A stretch of DNA of 64,000 nucleotides from an uncultured Caulobacteraceae bacterium (GCA_964242895.1 CAXTBN010000008.1:1674-65673), one strand, 5' to 3'; shown: positions 30,529 to 40,882, counted from the stretch's first letter. Notes: a model not told the origin generated them from the letters alone. Translations and numbers: made by a program.

Positions 30529-31509
30529 TTGCCCGCCCCCCTGTCCCCCAGCGCCGCCGACCTCGCCGCCTCCGCCGAGACGGCCGCGATCGCGCGCCCG
30601 GGCGACTACCTGGCGCTGCTCAAGCCGCGCGTGATGTCGCTGGTGGTGTTCACCGGCCTGACGGGCCTGGTCTGCGCCGACACGCGCATGAACCCGCTCA
30701 TGGCGGCGGTGGCCGTGCTGTGCATCGCGGTCGGCGCGGGCGCGAGCGGCGCGCTCAACATGGCGCACGAGGCCGACCTGGACGCGCGCATGAAGCGCAC
30801 CGCGCGCCGTCCCACCGCCACAGGCCGCATCCCCACCGCCGAGGCCGCGGGCCTGGGCGTGGTGCTGGCCATGTTCTCCGTGGCCACCATGGCGCTGGCG
30901 ACGACCCTGCTGGCCGCCGCCCTGCTGGCGGCCACCATCGCCTTCTACGCGATCGTCTACACGCGCTGGCTGAAGCGGGCGACGCCGCAGAACATCGTCA
31001 TCGGCGGCGCGGCGGGCGCCCTGCCCCCCGTGGTCGGCTGGGCCGCGGCGAGCGGGCACGCGCCCCTGGACGCCTGGCTGCTGTTCCTGATCATCTTCCT
31101 GTGGACGCCGCCGCACTTCTGGGCGCTCGGCCTCTACACGACGGAGGATTACGCGAGCGCGGGCGTGCCCATGCTGCCCGTGGTGCACGGCGCCAAAGCG
31201 ACGCGGCTGCAGATCCTGCTCTACAGCGGTCTGCTGGCCGCGGCCGGCGCGGCGCCGCTCTTCACCGGCCTGGGCGGACGAATCTACGCCGTCGCTTCGC
31301 TGGGAGGAGGCGCCGTGTTCCTGGCGCTGGCGCTCCGCCTGTTCCTCTCCAAGGCGGGCGACGTGGCGATCACCGGCCCGGGCGGGCTCTACGCCCGGCG
31401 CGAGGGCGGGCGCGAGGCGCGCGACCTGTTCGCCTGGTCGATCCTCTACCTGTTCGCCGTGTTCGCCGCGCTCCTGGTCGAGCACCTGCTCAAGGGGGCC
31501 GGCCTGTGA
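30529..31509 (+). CDS. ctaB: heme o synthase (protoheme IX farnesyltransferase)
   Basis: TTG start. UbiA-superfamily polyprenyltransferase with YLALLKPRVMSLVVFT N-terminus. Sits in the cox cluster. Confidence 0.88.
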   Translation: MPAPLSPSAADLAASAETAAIARPGDYLALLKPRVMSLVVFTGLTGLVCADTRMNPLMAAVAVLCIAVGAGASGALNMAHEADLDARMKRTARRPTATGRIPTAEAAGLGVVLAMFSVATMALATTLLAAALLAATIAFYAIVYTRWLKRATPQNIVIGGAAGALPPVVGWAAASGHAPLDAWLLFLIIFLWTPPHFWALGLYTTEDYASAGVPMLPVVHGAKATRLQILLYSGLLAAAGAAPLFTGLGGRIYAVASLGGGAVFLALALRLFLSKAGDVAITGPGGLYARREGGREARDLFAWSILYLFAVFAALLVEHLLKGAGL

Positions 31510-31658
31510 CCTCGCCCGATCCCTTCGGCGAGGGCCGCGCCGCCGCGCGCGCGCGGCGGCTGCGCTCGCTCGGCATCGCCCTGGCGCTGGTCGCCTTCAT
31601 CGTCCTGATCTTCGTGGTCAGCGTCGCCCGCCTGACGGCCAACGCGCACCATGGCTGA
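31506..31658 (+). CDS. small single-TM protein of the cox cluster
   Basis: The GTG overlaps the ctaB stop (GTGA). 50 aa with one hydrophobic helix (LGIALALVAFIVLIFVVSV). Overlaps the ctaG start by 8 nt. Confidence 0.45.
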   Translation: MTSPDPFGEGRAAARARRLRSLGIALALVAFIVLIFVVSVARLTANAHHG

Positions 31659-32184
31659 GCCCCGTCACCGCGCGCTGCTGGCCGCCTGCGTGGTCGGGGT
31701 CGCCGCCATGGTGGGGGCCGCCTACGCCTCGGTGCCGCTGTACCGCGCCTTCTGCCAAGCCACCGGCTTCAACGGCACGCCACGCCGCGGCGTCTCCGGC
31801 CCGCACGGGGCGGCGCTGGCGCAGCAGGTGACCGTGCGCTTCGACACCAACGTGCGCGGCCTGCCCTGGAGCTTCTCCGCCGACCAGACCACCCAGACCG
31901 TGCACATCGGCGCGCCGAACCAGGCCTACTTCCGCGTGACCAACAACGGGGTCGCGGCGCTGACCGGCCGCGCCGTCTACAGCCTGGCCCCGGAGGTCGC
32001 GGCCGAGCACTTCATCAAGACGCAGTGCTTCTGCTTCGACGACCAGACCATACCGGCGGGCAAGACGGTCGAGTTCCCCGTCATCTACTACGTCGACCCG
32101 AAGTTCGCATCCGACCCGTCGACGCAGGCGCTGCAGGAGATCACCCTCTCCTACACCTTCTTCCCCGCGAAGAAGGCCGCCTAG
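31651..32184 (+). CDS. ctaG: cytochrome c oxidase assembly protein CtaG/Cox11
   Basis: Copper-binding CFCF motif (QCFCFDDQ); 177 aa. Confidence 0.9.
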   Translation: MAEPRHRALLAACVVGVAAMVGAAYASVPLYRAFCQATGFNGTPRRGVSGPHGAALAQQVTVRFDTNVRGLPWSFSADQTTQTVHIGAPNQAYFRVTNNGVAALTGRAVYSLAPEVAAEHFIKTQCFCFDDQTIPAGKTVEFPVIYYVDPKFASDPSTQALQEITLSYTFFPAKKAA

Positions 32185-32289
32185 CCGCGCCCGCGAGGGC
32201 TTGGCGCGATGCGCCCGCGCCCGCTATAGCAGCCCTCTCCCCGCGGGCGCGTTGCACCCCGCGAGTTCAAGGACAGACGACCCGCCGCC

Positions 32290-33174
32290 ATGGCCGAAGC
32301 GCACCACGACGACGTCCAGCACGACTACCACCTGGTCAGCCCAAGCCCCTGGCCGCTGGTGGGCTCCATCGCCGCCGTGGTGTGGGCGCTGGGGATGGTG
32401 GTGTTTATGAAGGGCCTGTTCGGCCTGCCCAAGGGTTTCCCCTGGGTGGCCGCGGCGGGCTTCGCCGGCATCCTCTACACCATGTTCGGCTGGTGGTCGG
32501 ACGTCATCAAGGAAAGCCGCGAGGGCGACCACACGCCGGTGGTCTCGATCGGCCTTCGTTACGGCATGATCCTGTTCATCGCCTCCGAGGTGATGTTCTT
32601 CGTGGCGTGGTTCTGGATGTTCTTCGAGATGGCGCTGTTCCATCACGACCGGACGTTCTCGGCCATCGACGAGGTGCGAAACGCCTGGGGGGCTTGGCCT
32701 CCCAAGGGCGTGGAGGTGCTGGACCCGTGGCACTTCCCGCTGATCAATACGCTGACGCTGCTGCTGTCGGGCACCACGGTCACCTGGGCGCACCACGCGG
32801 TGCTGGAGGGTGACCGCAAGTCGGCCAAGACGGCGCTCTGGCTGACCTGCATCCTGGGCGCGGCCTTCACCTGCATCCAGGCCTACGAGTACCGCGAGAT
32901 CCTCACGGAGAAGCTGTTCTTCAACGAGACCGCCGCCAACAGCGGCCTCTACGGCTCCAGCTTCTTCATGGCGACGGGCTTCCACGGCTTCCACGTGCTG
33001 ATCGGCACCATCTTCCTGGCGATCTGCCTGATGCGCCTCTACGCGGGCCAGATGACGCCGACCAAGCACTTCGGCTTCGAGGCCGCGGCCTGGTACTGGC
33101 ACTTCGTGGACGTGGTCTGGCTGTTCCTGTTCGCCTTCATCTACGTGATGTTCGGCGCGCACGTCGCGCATTGA
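32290..33174 (+). CDS. ctaE: cytochrome c oxidase subunit III
   Basis: 294 aa, 7 TM, with conserved FFMATGFHGFHV and WYWHFVDVVW blocks. Confidence 0.92.
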   Translation: MAEAHHDDVQHDYHLVSPSPWPLVGSIAAVVWALGMVVFMKGLFGLPKGFPWVAAAGFAGILYTMFGWWSDVIKESREGDHTPVVSIGLRYGMILFIASEVMFFVAWFWMFFEMALFHHDRTFSAIDEVRNAWGAWPPKGVEVLDPWHFPLINTLTLLLSGTTVTWAHHAVLEGDRKSAKTALWLTCILGAAFTCIQAYEYREILTEKLFFNETAANSGLYGSSFFMATGFHGFHVLIGTIFLAICLMRLYAGQMTPTKHFGFEAAAWYWHFVDVVWLFLFAFIYVMFGAHVAH

Positions 33175-33205
33175 CGCGGGCCTCGTCCCCGACGGCCACC
33201 TCCAT

Positions 33206-33240
33206 CGCCCGGCCGCGCTGCGGCCGGGCGATTTGCGTCT
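33206..33240 (+). terminator. hairpin with short U-containing tail after ctaE
   Basis: CGCCCGGCCGC/GCGGCCGGGCG 11-bp arms, followed by ATTTGCGTCT. Confidence 0.4.
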
Positions 33241-33243
33241 GCG

Positions 33244-34059
33244 GTGAGGTGGGTGCGCGTGGCTAGGACGGCGACGGGCGCCCGCCGCGCCCCCCCTCGC
33301 CGGAAGCGCGCGCCCGCCGCGCCCGTGCGACGCGGGCCGGGCGTCGCAGCCACCCTGCTGGTCGCAGCCGGCGTGGCGATCCTGTGCGCGCTGGGCGCTT
33401 GGCAGGTGCAGCGGCTGCACTGGAAGACGGCGCTGCTGCAGCGCATCGCCGCCCTGCAGGTCGCCCCCGCCGAGCCCCTGACCGTGGTGCTGAACCGGTT
33501 GGCGGACGGGAGGCCGGTCGACTTCTCGCGCGTGGTCACGTCCTGCGACGGCCTGGGCGAGCGTGAGGCCTATCTTTACGGCCTGCGCACCGACGGGCCT
33601 GGATGGCGTGAGATCTCCGCCTGCCGCCTGGGCTCCGGCCCCTACGGCTCGATCCTGGTGGACATGGGCTTCTCGCGCCAGGTCGGGATGCAGCCGCCGC
33701 GCGGCGAGCCCGTGACCCTGCGGTCCGGCGTGCTCGTCACCGGCGTGCTGCGCGCGCCCGAGCCGCCGCCGTGGTTCGCGAGCCTGGTCGCGCCGCCGGC
33801 CGGCCACCGCGGGGCGTCCGGCGAGTTCTACGGCCGCGACATCCCCGCCATGGCCGCCGCCGTCGGCGCGCCACGCCCCGCGCCGGTGATGCTGCTGCTG
33901 GAGCGGCCCGCTGCGGGCCCCGGCCTGATCCCCGCGCCGCTGCCGACCGGCATCGAGAACAATCACCTGGGTTACGCCGTGACCTGGTTCGGCCTCGCGG
34001 TCGCCCTGGTGGGGGTGTGGATCGCCACGGTGGTCGCCAGCCGGCGCGCCGGCCGCTGA
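33244..34059 (+). CDS. SURF1 family cytochrome oxidase biogenesis protein
   Basis: Arg-rich N-terminus, TM, LGAWQVQRLHWK signature, C-terminal NNHLGYAVTWFGLA. Exact start uncertain (several GTGs). Confidence 0.8.
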   Translation: MRWVRVARTATGARRAPPRRKRAPAAPVRRGPGVAATLLVAAGVAILCALGAWQVQRLHWKTALLQRIAALQVAPAEPLTVVLNRLADGRPVDFSRVVTSCDGLGEREAYLYGLRTDGPGWREISACRLGSGPYGSILVDMGFSRQVGMQPPRGEPVTLRSGVLVTGVLRAPEPPPWFASLVAPPAGHRGASGEFYGRDIPAMAAAVGAPRPAPVMLLLERPAAGPGLIPAPLPTGIENNHLGYAVTWFGLAVALVGVWIATVVASRRAGR

Positions 34060-34064
34060 CCCCG

Positions 34065-35453
34065 GTGCGCTACGTCTCCACGCGCGGCGAGGCGCCGCCC
34101 GTCGACTTCGCCGAAGCGCTGCTGGCCGGTCTCGCCCCCGACGGCGGCCTGTACACGCCCGAGGCTTGGCCGCAGCTGTCGCGCGAGGAGATCGCCGCCT
34201 TCGCGGGCCGCCCCTACGCCGAGGTCGCCGCCGCGGTAGTCGGGCGGCTCGCCGGCGACGCCCTCGCACCCGACGCACTACGAGCCATGTGCGACGCGGC
34301 CTACGCCACCTTCGCCCACCCGGCGGTGACGCCGCTCACGCAACTGGACGCCGACCTGTGGCTGCTGGAGCTGTTCCACGGCCCCACGCTCGCGTTCAAG
34401 GACGTGGCCATGCAGCTCCTGGCCCGGCTCTACGACGCCGTGCTGGCCGCCTCCGGCCGACGCCTGACGCTGACCGTCGCCACCAGCGGCGACACGGGCG
34501 GCGCGGCGGTGGAGGCCTTCCGCGGGCGGGAGAACATCCGCCTCGTGGTGCTCTTCCCCGACGGCCGCATCTCCGACGTGCAGCGCCGCTTCATGACCAC
34601 CGCGGCCGACCCGAACGTCTCCTGCGTGGCCGTGGACGGCACGTTCGACGACTGCCAGGCGCTGGTGAAGGCGCTGTTCGCCGACGGCGCGCTGAAGCGC
34701 GAGGTCGACCTCTCCGGCGTCAACAGCATCAACTTCGGGCGGATCGCCGCGCAGGCGGTGTACTACTTCGTGGCCGCCGCGGCGCTCGGCGCGCCGGAGC
34801 GCGCGGCGCGCTTCGTCGTGCCTACGGGCAACTTTGGCGACGCCTTCGCCGGCTACGCGGCCGTTCGCATGGGCCTGCCCGTCGCCGGGATCGAGGTGGC
34901 CGCCAACGGCAACGACATCCTGGCGCGCGCCCTGCGCGACGGCGTCTACGCCCGCGGCCCGGTGCGCGAGACGCAGTCGCCGGCCATGGACATCCAGGTC
35001 GCCTCCAACTTCGAGCGCCTCTACTTCGAGGCCGTGGGCCGCGACGCCCCCGAGACCGCCCGCGCCTTCCGGACCTTCGCCGCCGAGGGCGCGACCGGGC
35101 TGCCGAGCCAGGCCTTCGCCGAAGTGCGCCGCCTGTTCACCGGCGCCTCGGCCAGCGAGGCGCAGACGTCGGACGCCATGGCGCGCGCCTGGACGGAGAG
35201 CCGCACCCTGGTCGATCCACACACCGCCGTGGCCCTGTCCGTCGCCCGCCGCGCGCCCCCGGGCGGCGGCGCGCCGACCGTGGTGCTGTCCACCGCCCAC
35301 CCGGCCAAGTTCCCCGACGCCGTGCGCGCCGCCACGGGCGCCGATCCAGGCCACGCCCTGGCCGACGCCCTCCTCTCCCTCCCCGAGCGCTTCACGCGCC
35401 TGCCGAACGACGAGCGCACCGTCGCCGACCACCTCCGGGCCTTCGCCGCATGA
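34065..35453 (+). CDS. thrC: threonine synthase
   Basis: GTG start (VRYVSTRGEAP). PLP-lysine block PTLAFKDVAMQ, TSGDTGGAA. Confidence 0.9.
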   Translation: MRYVSTRGEAPPVDFAEALLAGLAPDGGLYTPEAWPQLSREEIAAFAGRPYAEVAAAVVGRLAGDALAPDALRAMCDAAYATFAHPAVTPLTQLDADLWLLELFHGPTLAFKDVAMQLLARLYDAVLAASGRRLTLTVATSGDTGGAAVEAFRGRENIRLVVLFPDGRISDVQRRFMTTAADPNVSCVAVDGTFDDCQALVKALFADGALKREVDLSGVNSINFGRIAAQAVYYFVAAAALGAPERAARFVVPTGNFGDAFAGYAAVRMGLPVAGIEVAANGNDILARALRDGVYARGPVRETQSPAMDIQVASNFERLYFEAVGRDAPETARAFRTFAAEGATGLPSQAFAEVRRLFTGASASEAQTSDAMARAWTESRTLVDPHTAVALSVARRAPPGGGAPTVVLSTAHPAKFPDAVRAATGADPGHALADALLSLPERFTRLPNDERTVADHLRAFAA

Positions 35454-36718
35454 CCGCCCGTCTGCACACCCTGTCGAACGGCGTGCGCGTGGTCGCCGAC
35501 CCCATGCCTGGGCTGGAGAGCTTCGCCCTGTCCGTCGTCGTGCGCGGCGGCGCTCGGTGGGAACCAGCGGAGCGCAACGGCTGGTCGCACCTCCTCGAGC
35601 ACATGGTGTTCAAGGGCGCGGGCGCGCGCTCCTCCAAGGCCATCGTGGAGGCGATCGAGGCGGAGGGCGGCTGGATCAACGCCGCCACCGGCCAGGAGCG
35701 CACCAGCTACCAGGTGCGCGGCCTCGCCGGCGGCCTGCCGTTGGCCATGGAGGTGCTGGCCGACCTGCTGCGCCGCCCCGTGCTCGATCCCGAGGAGCTG
35801 GAGCGCGAGAAGGGCGTCATCGGCCAGGAGATCGCCGAGGCCGCCGACACACCTGACGATCGCGTGTTCGACCTCGCCCAGGGCCGCGCCTTCGCCGCCC
35901 AGCCGCTGGGCCGTCCCATCCTGGGCCTGGACGCCACGCTCGCCCCCGCCACGCGCGAAGCGCTGTCCGCATGGCGCGACGGCCTCTACGCCGATCCCTC
36001 GCGCCTGGTGATCGGCGCGGCGGGCGCGGTCGACGAGGGCGAGCTCCTGCGCCTGGCCGAGGCGGCGTTCGGCGACCTCGGCCCGCCCGCCGCGCCCGCG
36101 CCCGAGCCGGTCCCCGCCCGCTTCACCGGCGGCGTCACGGCCGAGACGCGGCGGCTGGAGCAGGCCCACCTCGTGCTGCTGCTTCCCGGCGTGGGGGTGC
36201 GCGACCCGGCGTGGCACGCGCAGCGCCTGTTCGCCGAGATCCTCGGCGGCGGCATGGCCAGCCGCCTGTTCCAGGAGGCGCGCGAGGTCCGCGGCCTCGC
36301 CTACGCCGTCGACGCCTACGCCGAGAGCTACGAGGACACGGGCCTGCTGGGCGTCTACGCCGGCACGGGCGCGGCCGAGGCGCGCGGCATGGCCGAGCTC
36401 GCCGCCGTGGAGATCCGCAAGCTGGCCGAGCGCGTCGAGCCCGACGAGCTGCACCGCGCCCGCGCCCAGGCCCGCTCGCAGATGGCCATGGCGCGCGAGC
36501 AGCCGCTGCACCGCGCCGAGCAGGCGGCGGCCCAGGCGCTGCTGTTCAACCGCCTGATCCCGCCCGCCGAGCTCGCCGCCGGCGTGGAGGCGGTCGACGC
36601 CGCCGCGCTTCGCGCCTACGGCGAGCGCGTGCTGGGCGGGGGCGCGGCGGCCGCGGCGGTGCTCGGCCCCAAGCGCGCGGGCGCGGCGGCCGACGCCTTC
36701 CTGCGCGCCGCCGCCTAG
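35450..36718 (+). CDS. M16 family zinc peptidase
   Basis: The ATG overlaps the thrC stop (ATGA). Inverted zinc motif HLLEH and downstream E (GWSHLLEHMVFKG). Confidence 0.85.
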   Translation: MTARLHTLSNGVRVVADPMPGLESFALSVVVRGGARWEPAERNGWSHLLEHMVFKGAGARSSKAIVEAIEAEGGWINAATGQERTSYQVRGLAGGLPLAMEVLADLLRRPVLDPEELEREKGVIGQEIAEAADTPDDRVFDLAQGRAFAAQPLGRPILGLDATLAPATREALSAWRDGLYADPSRLVIGAAGAVDEGELLRLAEAAFGDLGPPAAPAPEPVPARFTGGVTAETRRLEQAHLVLLLPGVGVRDPAWHAQRLFAEILGGGMASRLFQEAREVRGLAYAVDAYAESYEDTGLLGVYAGTGAAEARGMAELAAVEIRKLAERVEPDELHRARAQARSQMAMAREQPLHRAEQAAAQALLFNRLIPPAELAAGVEAVDAAALRAYGERVLGGGAAAAAVLGPKRAGAAADAFLRAAA

Positions 36719-36727
36719 GAGCTGGCC

Positions 36728-37183
36728 GTGACCCCGCTGGAGATGCTCAAGAGCGTCGGGATCGCCACCACGCGCGGCAGCCCGCAGGCGCGCGCCCTCA
36801 ACCTGCGCCTGGAGGAGGTCGAGGCCGGCGAGGCGACCATGCGCCTGCCCTACGACGCCAAGCTGGTCGGCGACCCCGCCACCGGCGTGATCGCGGGGGG
36901 CGCGGTGACCACGCTGCTGGACCACACCTGCGGCCAGGCGGTGTGGGCGGCGCTGAGCGATTTCGCCCCGATCGCCACGCTGGACCTGCGCATAGACTAC
37001 ATGCGCTCGGCCGAGCCGGGGCTCGACGTGTGGGCGCGGGCGCACTGCTACAAGCTGACCCGCCACGTCGGCTTCGTCCGCGCCACGGCCTGGGACAAGG
37101 ACCTGGACGACCCGGTCGCCACCGCCCAGGCCGCCTTCGCCCTGAACCGCCCCGGCTCGACGCGCGGGAGCGGCGAGGCGTGA
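36728..37183 (+). CDS. PaaI-family hotdog-fold thioesterase
   Basis: 151 aa with PaaI-like core ([17 protein letters not shown]). Confidence 0.7.
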   Translation: MTPLEMLKSVGIATTRGSPQARALNLRLEEVEAGEATMRLPYDAKLVGDPATGVIAGGAVTTLLDHTCGQAVWAALSDFAPIATLDLRIDYMRSAEPGLDVWARAHCYKLTRHVGFVRATAWDKDLDDPVATAQAAFALNRPGSTRGSGEA

Positions 37184-37592
37184 GCGACGCCGCCGACCTG
37201 TTCGCGCCCATCCCCTACGCCGGCTTCCTGGGCCTGCGTTCGATGGTCGAAGACGGCGAGCTCCGCGGCGTGATGCCGTTCGCCGAGCACCTGATCGGCA
37301 ATCCCACCATCCCGGCCCTGCACGGCGGCACGCTGGGCGCCTTCATGGAGCTGACCGCCATCGCCGAGCTGGCCCGGCGGCGCGGCGGCGGCCCCCTGCC
37401 CCGCACCATCGGCGTGACGGTGGAGTACCTGCGCACCGGCCGCTCGCGCGACACCTGCGCCCGCGCCGAGGTGAAGCGCATGGGCCGGCGCATCGCCAAC
37501 GTGGCGGTCGAGGCCTGGCAGGACGACCGCGCCAAGCCTATCGCCCTGCTCTACGGCCGCTTCCTCCTGCCCACCGCGCCGGAACGGGACGC

Positions 37593-37596
<4 letters not shown>
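37180..37596 (+). CDS. PaaI-family hotdog-fold thioesterase (second, tandem copy)
   Basis: The GTG overlaps the upstream stop (GTGA). [16 protein letters not shown] core. Confidence 0.7.
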
Positions 37597-37766
<170 letters not shown>

Positions 37767-37787
37767 GTCGGGTCTAGCCTCCGTCGC

Positions 37788-38309
37788 ATGACGCTCCAGC
37801 TCCGCCGCGAGATCCTGGCCACCGCCATCGGCGAGGTCGTGCTCCTGACGGACGGCGGCGGTCGCCTGCGCGCTGTCGATTTCACCGACCAAGCCACGCG
37901 GATGACCACCCTGCTCGACCGCCACTACGGCCGAGGCGGCTGGCGGGCGAGGGAGGGCGCCGAGCCGCCCAGTTCCACGCACGCCGCCCTGTCGGCCTAT
38001 TTCGCCGGCGACCTCCGCGCGCTGGATGGGATCGAGACCGCCACGGGCGGCACGCCCTTCCAGCGGGAGGTGTGGGCGGCGCTCCGCCGGATCGCGCCGG
38101 GCGAGACCACCAGCTACGGCGCCCTGGCCTCGGCGATCGGCCGGCCCAGGGCGGTGCGGGCGGTCGGCGCCGCGAACGGGGCCAACCCGATCTCCCTGGT
38201 CGCGCCCTGCCACCGCGTGATCGGCGGCGGCGGCGCGCTGACCGGCTACGCCGGCGGGCTCGACCGCAAGTCGTGGCTGCTGGAGCACGAGAGCCGGCAC
38301 GCGGCCTGA
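37788..38309 (+). CDS. ogt: methylated-DNA--protein-cysteine methyltransferase
   Basis: Active site PCHRV, with upstream TPFQREVW and GANPISLVAPCHRVIG blocks. Confidence 0.9.
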   Translation: MTLQLRREILATAIGEVVLLTDGGGRLRAVDFTDQATRMTTLLDRHYGRGGWRAREGAEPPSSTHAALSAYFAGDLRALDGIETATGGTPFQREVWAALRRIAPGETTSYGALASAIGRPRAVRAVGAANGANPISLVAPCHRVIGGGGALTGYAGGLDRKSWLLEHESRHAA

Positions 38310-38353
38310 ACGCCTCCGCCCTCCTCGGCGACCACGCCCCGCCACACACCCCC

Positions 38354-38443
38354 GCGTCTCCCTCGGGCTTGACCCGAAGGTCCACCTTCGCCTCGCGCGT
38401 GTGATCCTGGCTCCTCGGGTCACGCCCGAGGGAGACGGAGGGG
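38354..38443. repeat. palindromic MITE/REP-like intergenic element, copy 1
   Basis: 14-bp terminal inverted repeat CGTCTCCCTCGGGC (38355-38368) / GCCCGAGGGAGACG (38424-38437). The 21-nt core CCCTCGGGCTTGACCCGAAGG is identical to 55963-55983. Confidence 0.7.
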
Positions 38444-38476
38444 ATGGCTTGTGCGGGCGGATACGCCGCGCGTGGC

Positions 38477-39373
38477 TTACCCCGCCAGCTTCGCCGCCTC
38501 CCGATGCAGCGTCGAATGCCGCTGCGCCAGGGCCGAGATGTCCGCGCCGTAGCCGCCGCCGATCACGCCCGCCACCGACACCCCCGCCGCCCGCACCGTC
38601 TCCAGCACGTAGCGGTCGCGCGCCGCCAGCCCAGCGTCGCTGAGCGCCAGGCGGCCGAGCTTGTCGTCGCGGTGCGGATCGACGCCCGCGTTGTAGAAGA
38701 CGAGGTCGGGCCGCACCGCGTCCAGCAGCCGCGGCAGGTGCTCGGCGACGACAGCGAGGTAGGCGGCGTCCTCCGTCCCGTCCGGCAGGTCGACGTCGAG
38801 GTCGCTGGTCGCGCGGCGCGCGGGGAAGTTCTTGGCCCCGTGCACGCTCCAGGTGAACACCCGCGGCTCGTGCTCGAAGATGAAGGCGGTGCCGTCGCCC
38901 TGGTGCACGTCGAGATCCACCACCAGCACTTGGCCGACGGCGCCCTCGTCCAGCAGCGCGCGGGTGGCCACGGCCACGTCGTTGAAGGTGCAGAAGCCGG
39001 AGCCGTAACCCGCCGCCGCGTGGTGGCTGCCGCCCGCCGTGTTGCACGCCAGCCCGTGCTCCAGCGCGAGCCGCGCCGTGAGCAGCGTGCCGCCGACCGC
39101 CGCGCGCGAGCGGGCCGCCACCGAGGGCGTGATCGGCAGGCCGATGCGCCGCTCCACCTCGCGCGGGGCGTCCGCCTCGAAGATCATCCGCGCATAGGCG
39201 GGGTCGTGGACGGCGGTGACAAGCTCCCACGACGCGGGCTCGGGCTCGACGAAGCGTTCCACCACGCCGTCGGCCAGGAGCAGGTCCGCGAGCTGGGCGA
39301 ACTTGTCCATGGGGAAGCGGTGGCCGGCCGGCATCTCGGCCCGGTAGGCGGGGTGGTGCACGACGGGGAGCAT
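38477..39373 (-). CDS. histone deacetylase family protein (AcuC/Aph-like)
   Basis: GGSHHA and DLDVHQGDGT catalytic blocks. Confidence 0.85.
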   Translation of the reverse strand: MLPVVHHPAYRAEMPAGHRFPMDKFAQLADLLLADGVVERFVEPEPASWELVTAVHDPAYARMIFEADAPREVERRIGLPITPSVAARSRAAVGGTLLTARLALEHGLACNTAGGSHHAAAGYGSGFCTFNDVAVATRALLDEGAVGQVLVVDLDVHQGDGTAFIFEHEPRVFTWSVHGAKNFPARRATSDLDVDLPDGTEDAAYLAVVAEHLPRLLDAVRPDLVFYNAGVDPHRDDKLGRLALSDAGLAARDRYVLETVRAAGVSVAGVIGGGYGADISALAQRHSTLHREAAKLAG

Positions 39374-39445
39374 GGACGGCGCAGGTGGGGGCCGGGCGCC
39401 GAAGCGCCAAGCCGGCCCGCGCCGCCTGCCGCTCAGGCCGCCTTG

Positions 39446-40231
39446 CTAGGCCGCCTGGGCGCGCCTGTACGCCTCGCCCACGAACTGCATCAGCGGCAGG
39501 TCGAACGGCATCTTGCTCGCCGTCTCGGGATTGGACAGCACCTCCATGTTCGCCTGCGCCGACTTGGCGATCATCGCGGGGTCGTCGCCGGTGAACTTCC
39601 TGACCTGCGTCATCCAGCGCTGCGCCAGATCCATGGCCTGCGGCGAGCCCGGATCGCCTTTGGCCTGCAGGTCGCGGCCTTCCGCGATCAGGGCGTCCCA
39701 CTCGCGCATGACCTGCGTCTGATCGAAGTCGTCTCTGCGGGCCTTGATGATCTCCTGCTCGTCGGGCGTGAAGTGCCGTTCGTACACGGGCCTCACATCC
39801 CGCTCCCAATCCTCTGCGTTCATCTTGTCTGTCATCGCGGTCTCCCGGGTCAGGTGGGTGAGGTCGTCCGGGGAGAGGGCGCCGTCGCGGGCCAGCTTGG
39901 CGCGGGCGGCGGCCAGCAGCGCGAGGCCCCGGTCCGTCTCCGCGCGGCGGGTCTCCAGCACTTGCTGCTGCAGGGCCAGCACCGCGTCGAGGCTCGCTAG
40001 CCTGCCGGCCAGGAGCTCGCCGATGCGGGCGAGGCTGAGCCCCAGCCGCTTCAGCACGAGCACCTGGTGCAGCCGCGCCTGCTGGTCGGGCCCGTAGACG
40101 CGCCAGCCGGCATCGGTGCGGTGCGGGCGCACCAGCCCGGCCCGCTCGTAGACGCGCAGCGCCTTGGGGCTCACCCCCAGCCGCTCCGCCATCTCCGCCG
40201 GCCCGAACCACCGCTCCCCCGACCCGCCCAC
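39446..40231 (-). CDS. MerR family regulator with TipAS-like C-terminal domain
   Basis: GTG start. HTH FGPAEMAERLGVSPKALRVYERAGLV. Long C-terminal antibiotic-recognition-like domain. Confidence 0.8.
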   Translation of the reverse strand: MGGSGERWFGPAEMAERLGVSPKALRVYERAGLVRPHRTDAGWRVYGPDQQARLHQVLVLKRLGLSLARIGELLAGRLASLDAVLALQQQVLETRRAETDRGLALLAAARAKLARDGALSPDDLTHLTRETAMTDKMNAEDWERDVRPVYERHFTPDEQEIIKARRDDFDQTQVMREWDALIAEGRDLQAKGDPGSPQAMDLAQRWMTQVRKFTGDDPAMIAKSAQANMEVLSNPETASKMPFDLPLMQFVGEAYRRAQAA

Positions 40232-40295
40232 GACACCGCCCTCCTCCAGACCGCACCTCCTGTGGGGCCGGTCCCAGGGGACGGGTCAAGCGGGG

Positions 40296-40793
40296 TCAGT
40301 CGTCGTCGCGGCCGACGCGCGCGCGGTGGCGCTCCACCTTCACGCGGCGGTCGTTCAGGGCGTCGGCGACCAGGCCGATGATGGCGCCGTAGAGCACGTG
40401 CACGGCGAAGCGCTCGGTGGCCACGCCGTCCGGCGCCTTGCGCTCGCCCTCGGTGACGCCGAGCTCCGGCAACACGCCGGCCACCGCCACCGCGTACACG
40501 CCCGCACCGAACAGGGCGCCCGAGAGCACGCCGGGGATCGGCAGGTAGGGCCGCACCGATCCGTAGACGGCGCCCAGCCCCAGGCTCATGCCGTAGTGCC
40601 CGGCCTCCTCCAGCAGCATCAGCCCGTCGTCGCCCAGCCGCTCGCGCGCGCCGAAGGCGTCGTCCAGCCAGTCCTGCGTGGCCTCGGACAGGTTGTCCTT
40701 GAGCAGTCCCGCGTCCTTGCCGAACCACTGGACGCCGGCGACCACCGCGCCCGCCACCAGCCCTCCGACCGCTCCCGCCGTCGCGCTGCGCAT
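40296..40793 (-). CDS. hypothetical membrane protein
   Basis: 165 aa with Gly/Ala-rich hydrophobic segments and high GC3. Confidence 0.5.
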   Translation of the reverse strand: MRSATAGAVGGLVAGAVVAGVQWFGKDAGLLKDNLSEATQDWLDDAFGARERLGDDGLMLLEEAGHYGMSLGLGAVYGSVRPYLPIPGVLSGALFGAGVYAVAVAGVLPELGVTEGERKAPDGVATERFAVHVLYGAIIGLVADALNDRRVKVERHRARVGRDDD

Positions 40794-40882
40794 GCCTGAT
40801 CTCCGTCCATGGTCCCCGCCGCCAACGGGTGCGCGCTCCGCGCCGTTCCCGCGGACGCTCGGGCGGGCTAGGAGCGGCGGCC

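Noticed and set aside
34166-35449. Upstream extension of the M16 peptidase frame (850-aa ORF), and similar extensions such as 33771-34064 before thrC and 35971-37179 before the second thioesterase.
   Set aside because: The extensions overlap upstream genes in other frames and are Arg-rich. Sensible ATG or GTG starts sit exactly at 4-nt overlaps with the preceding stop codons.
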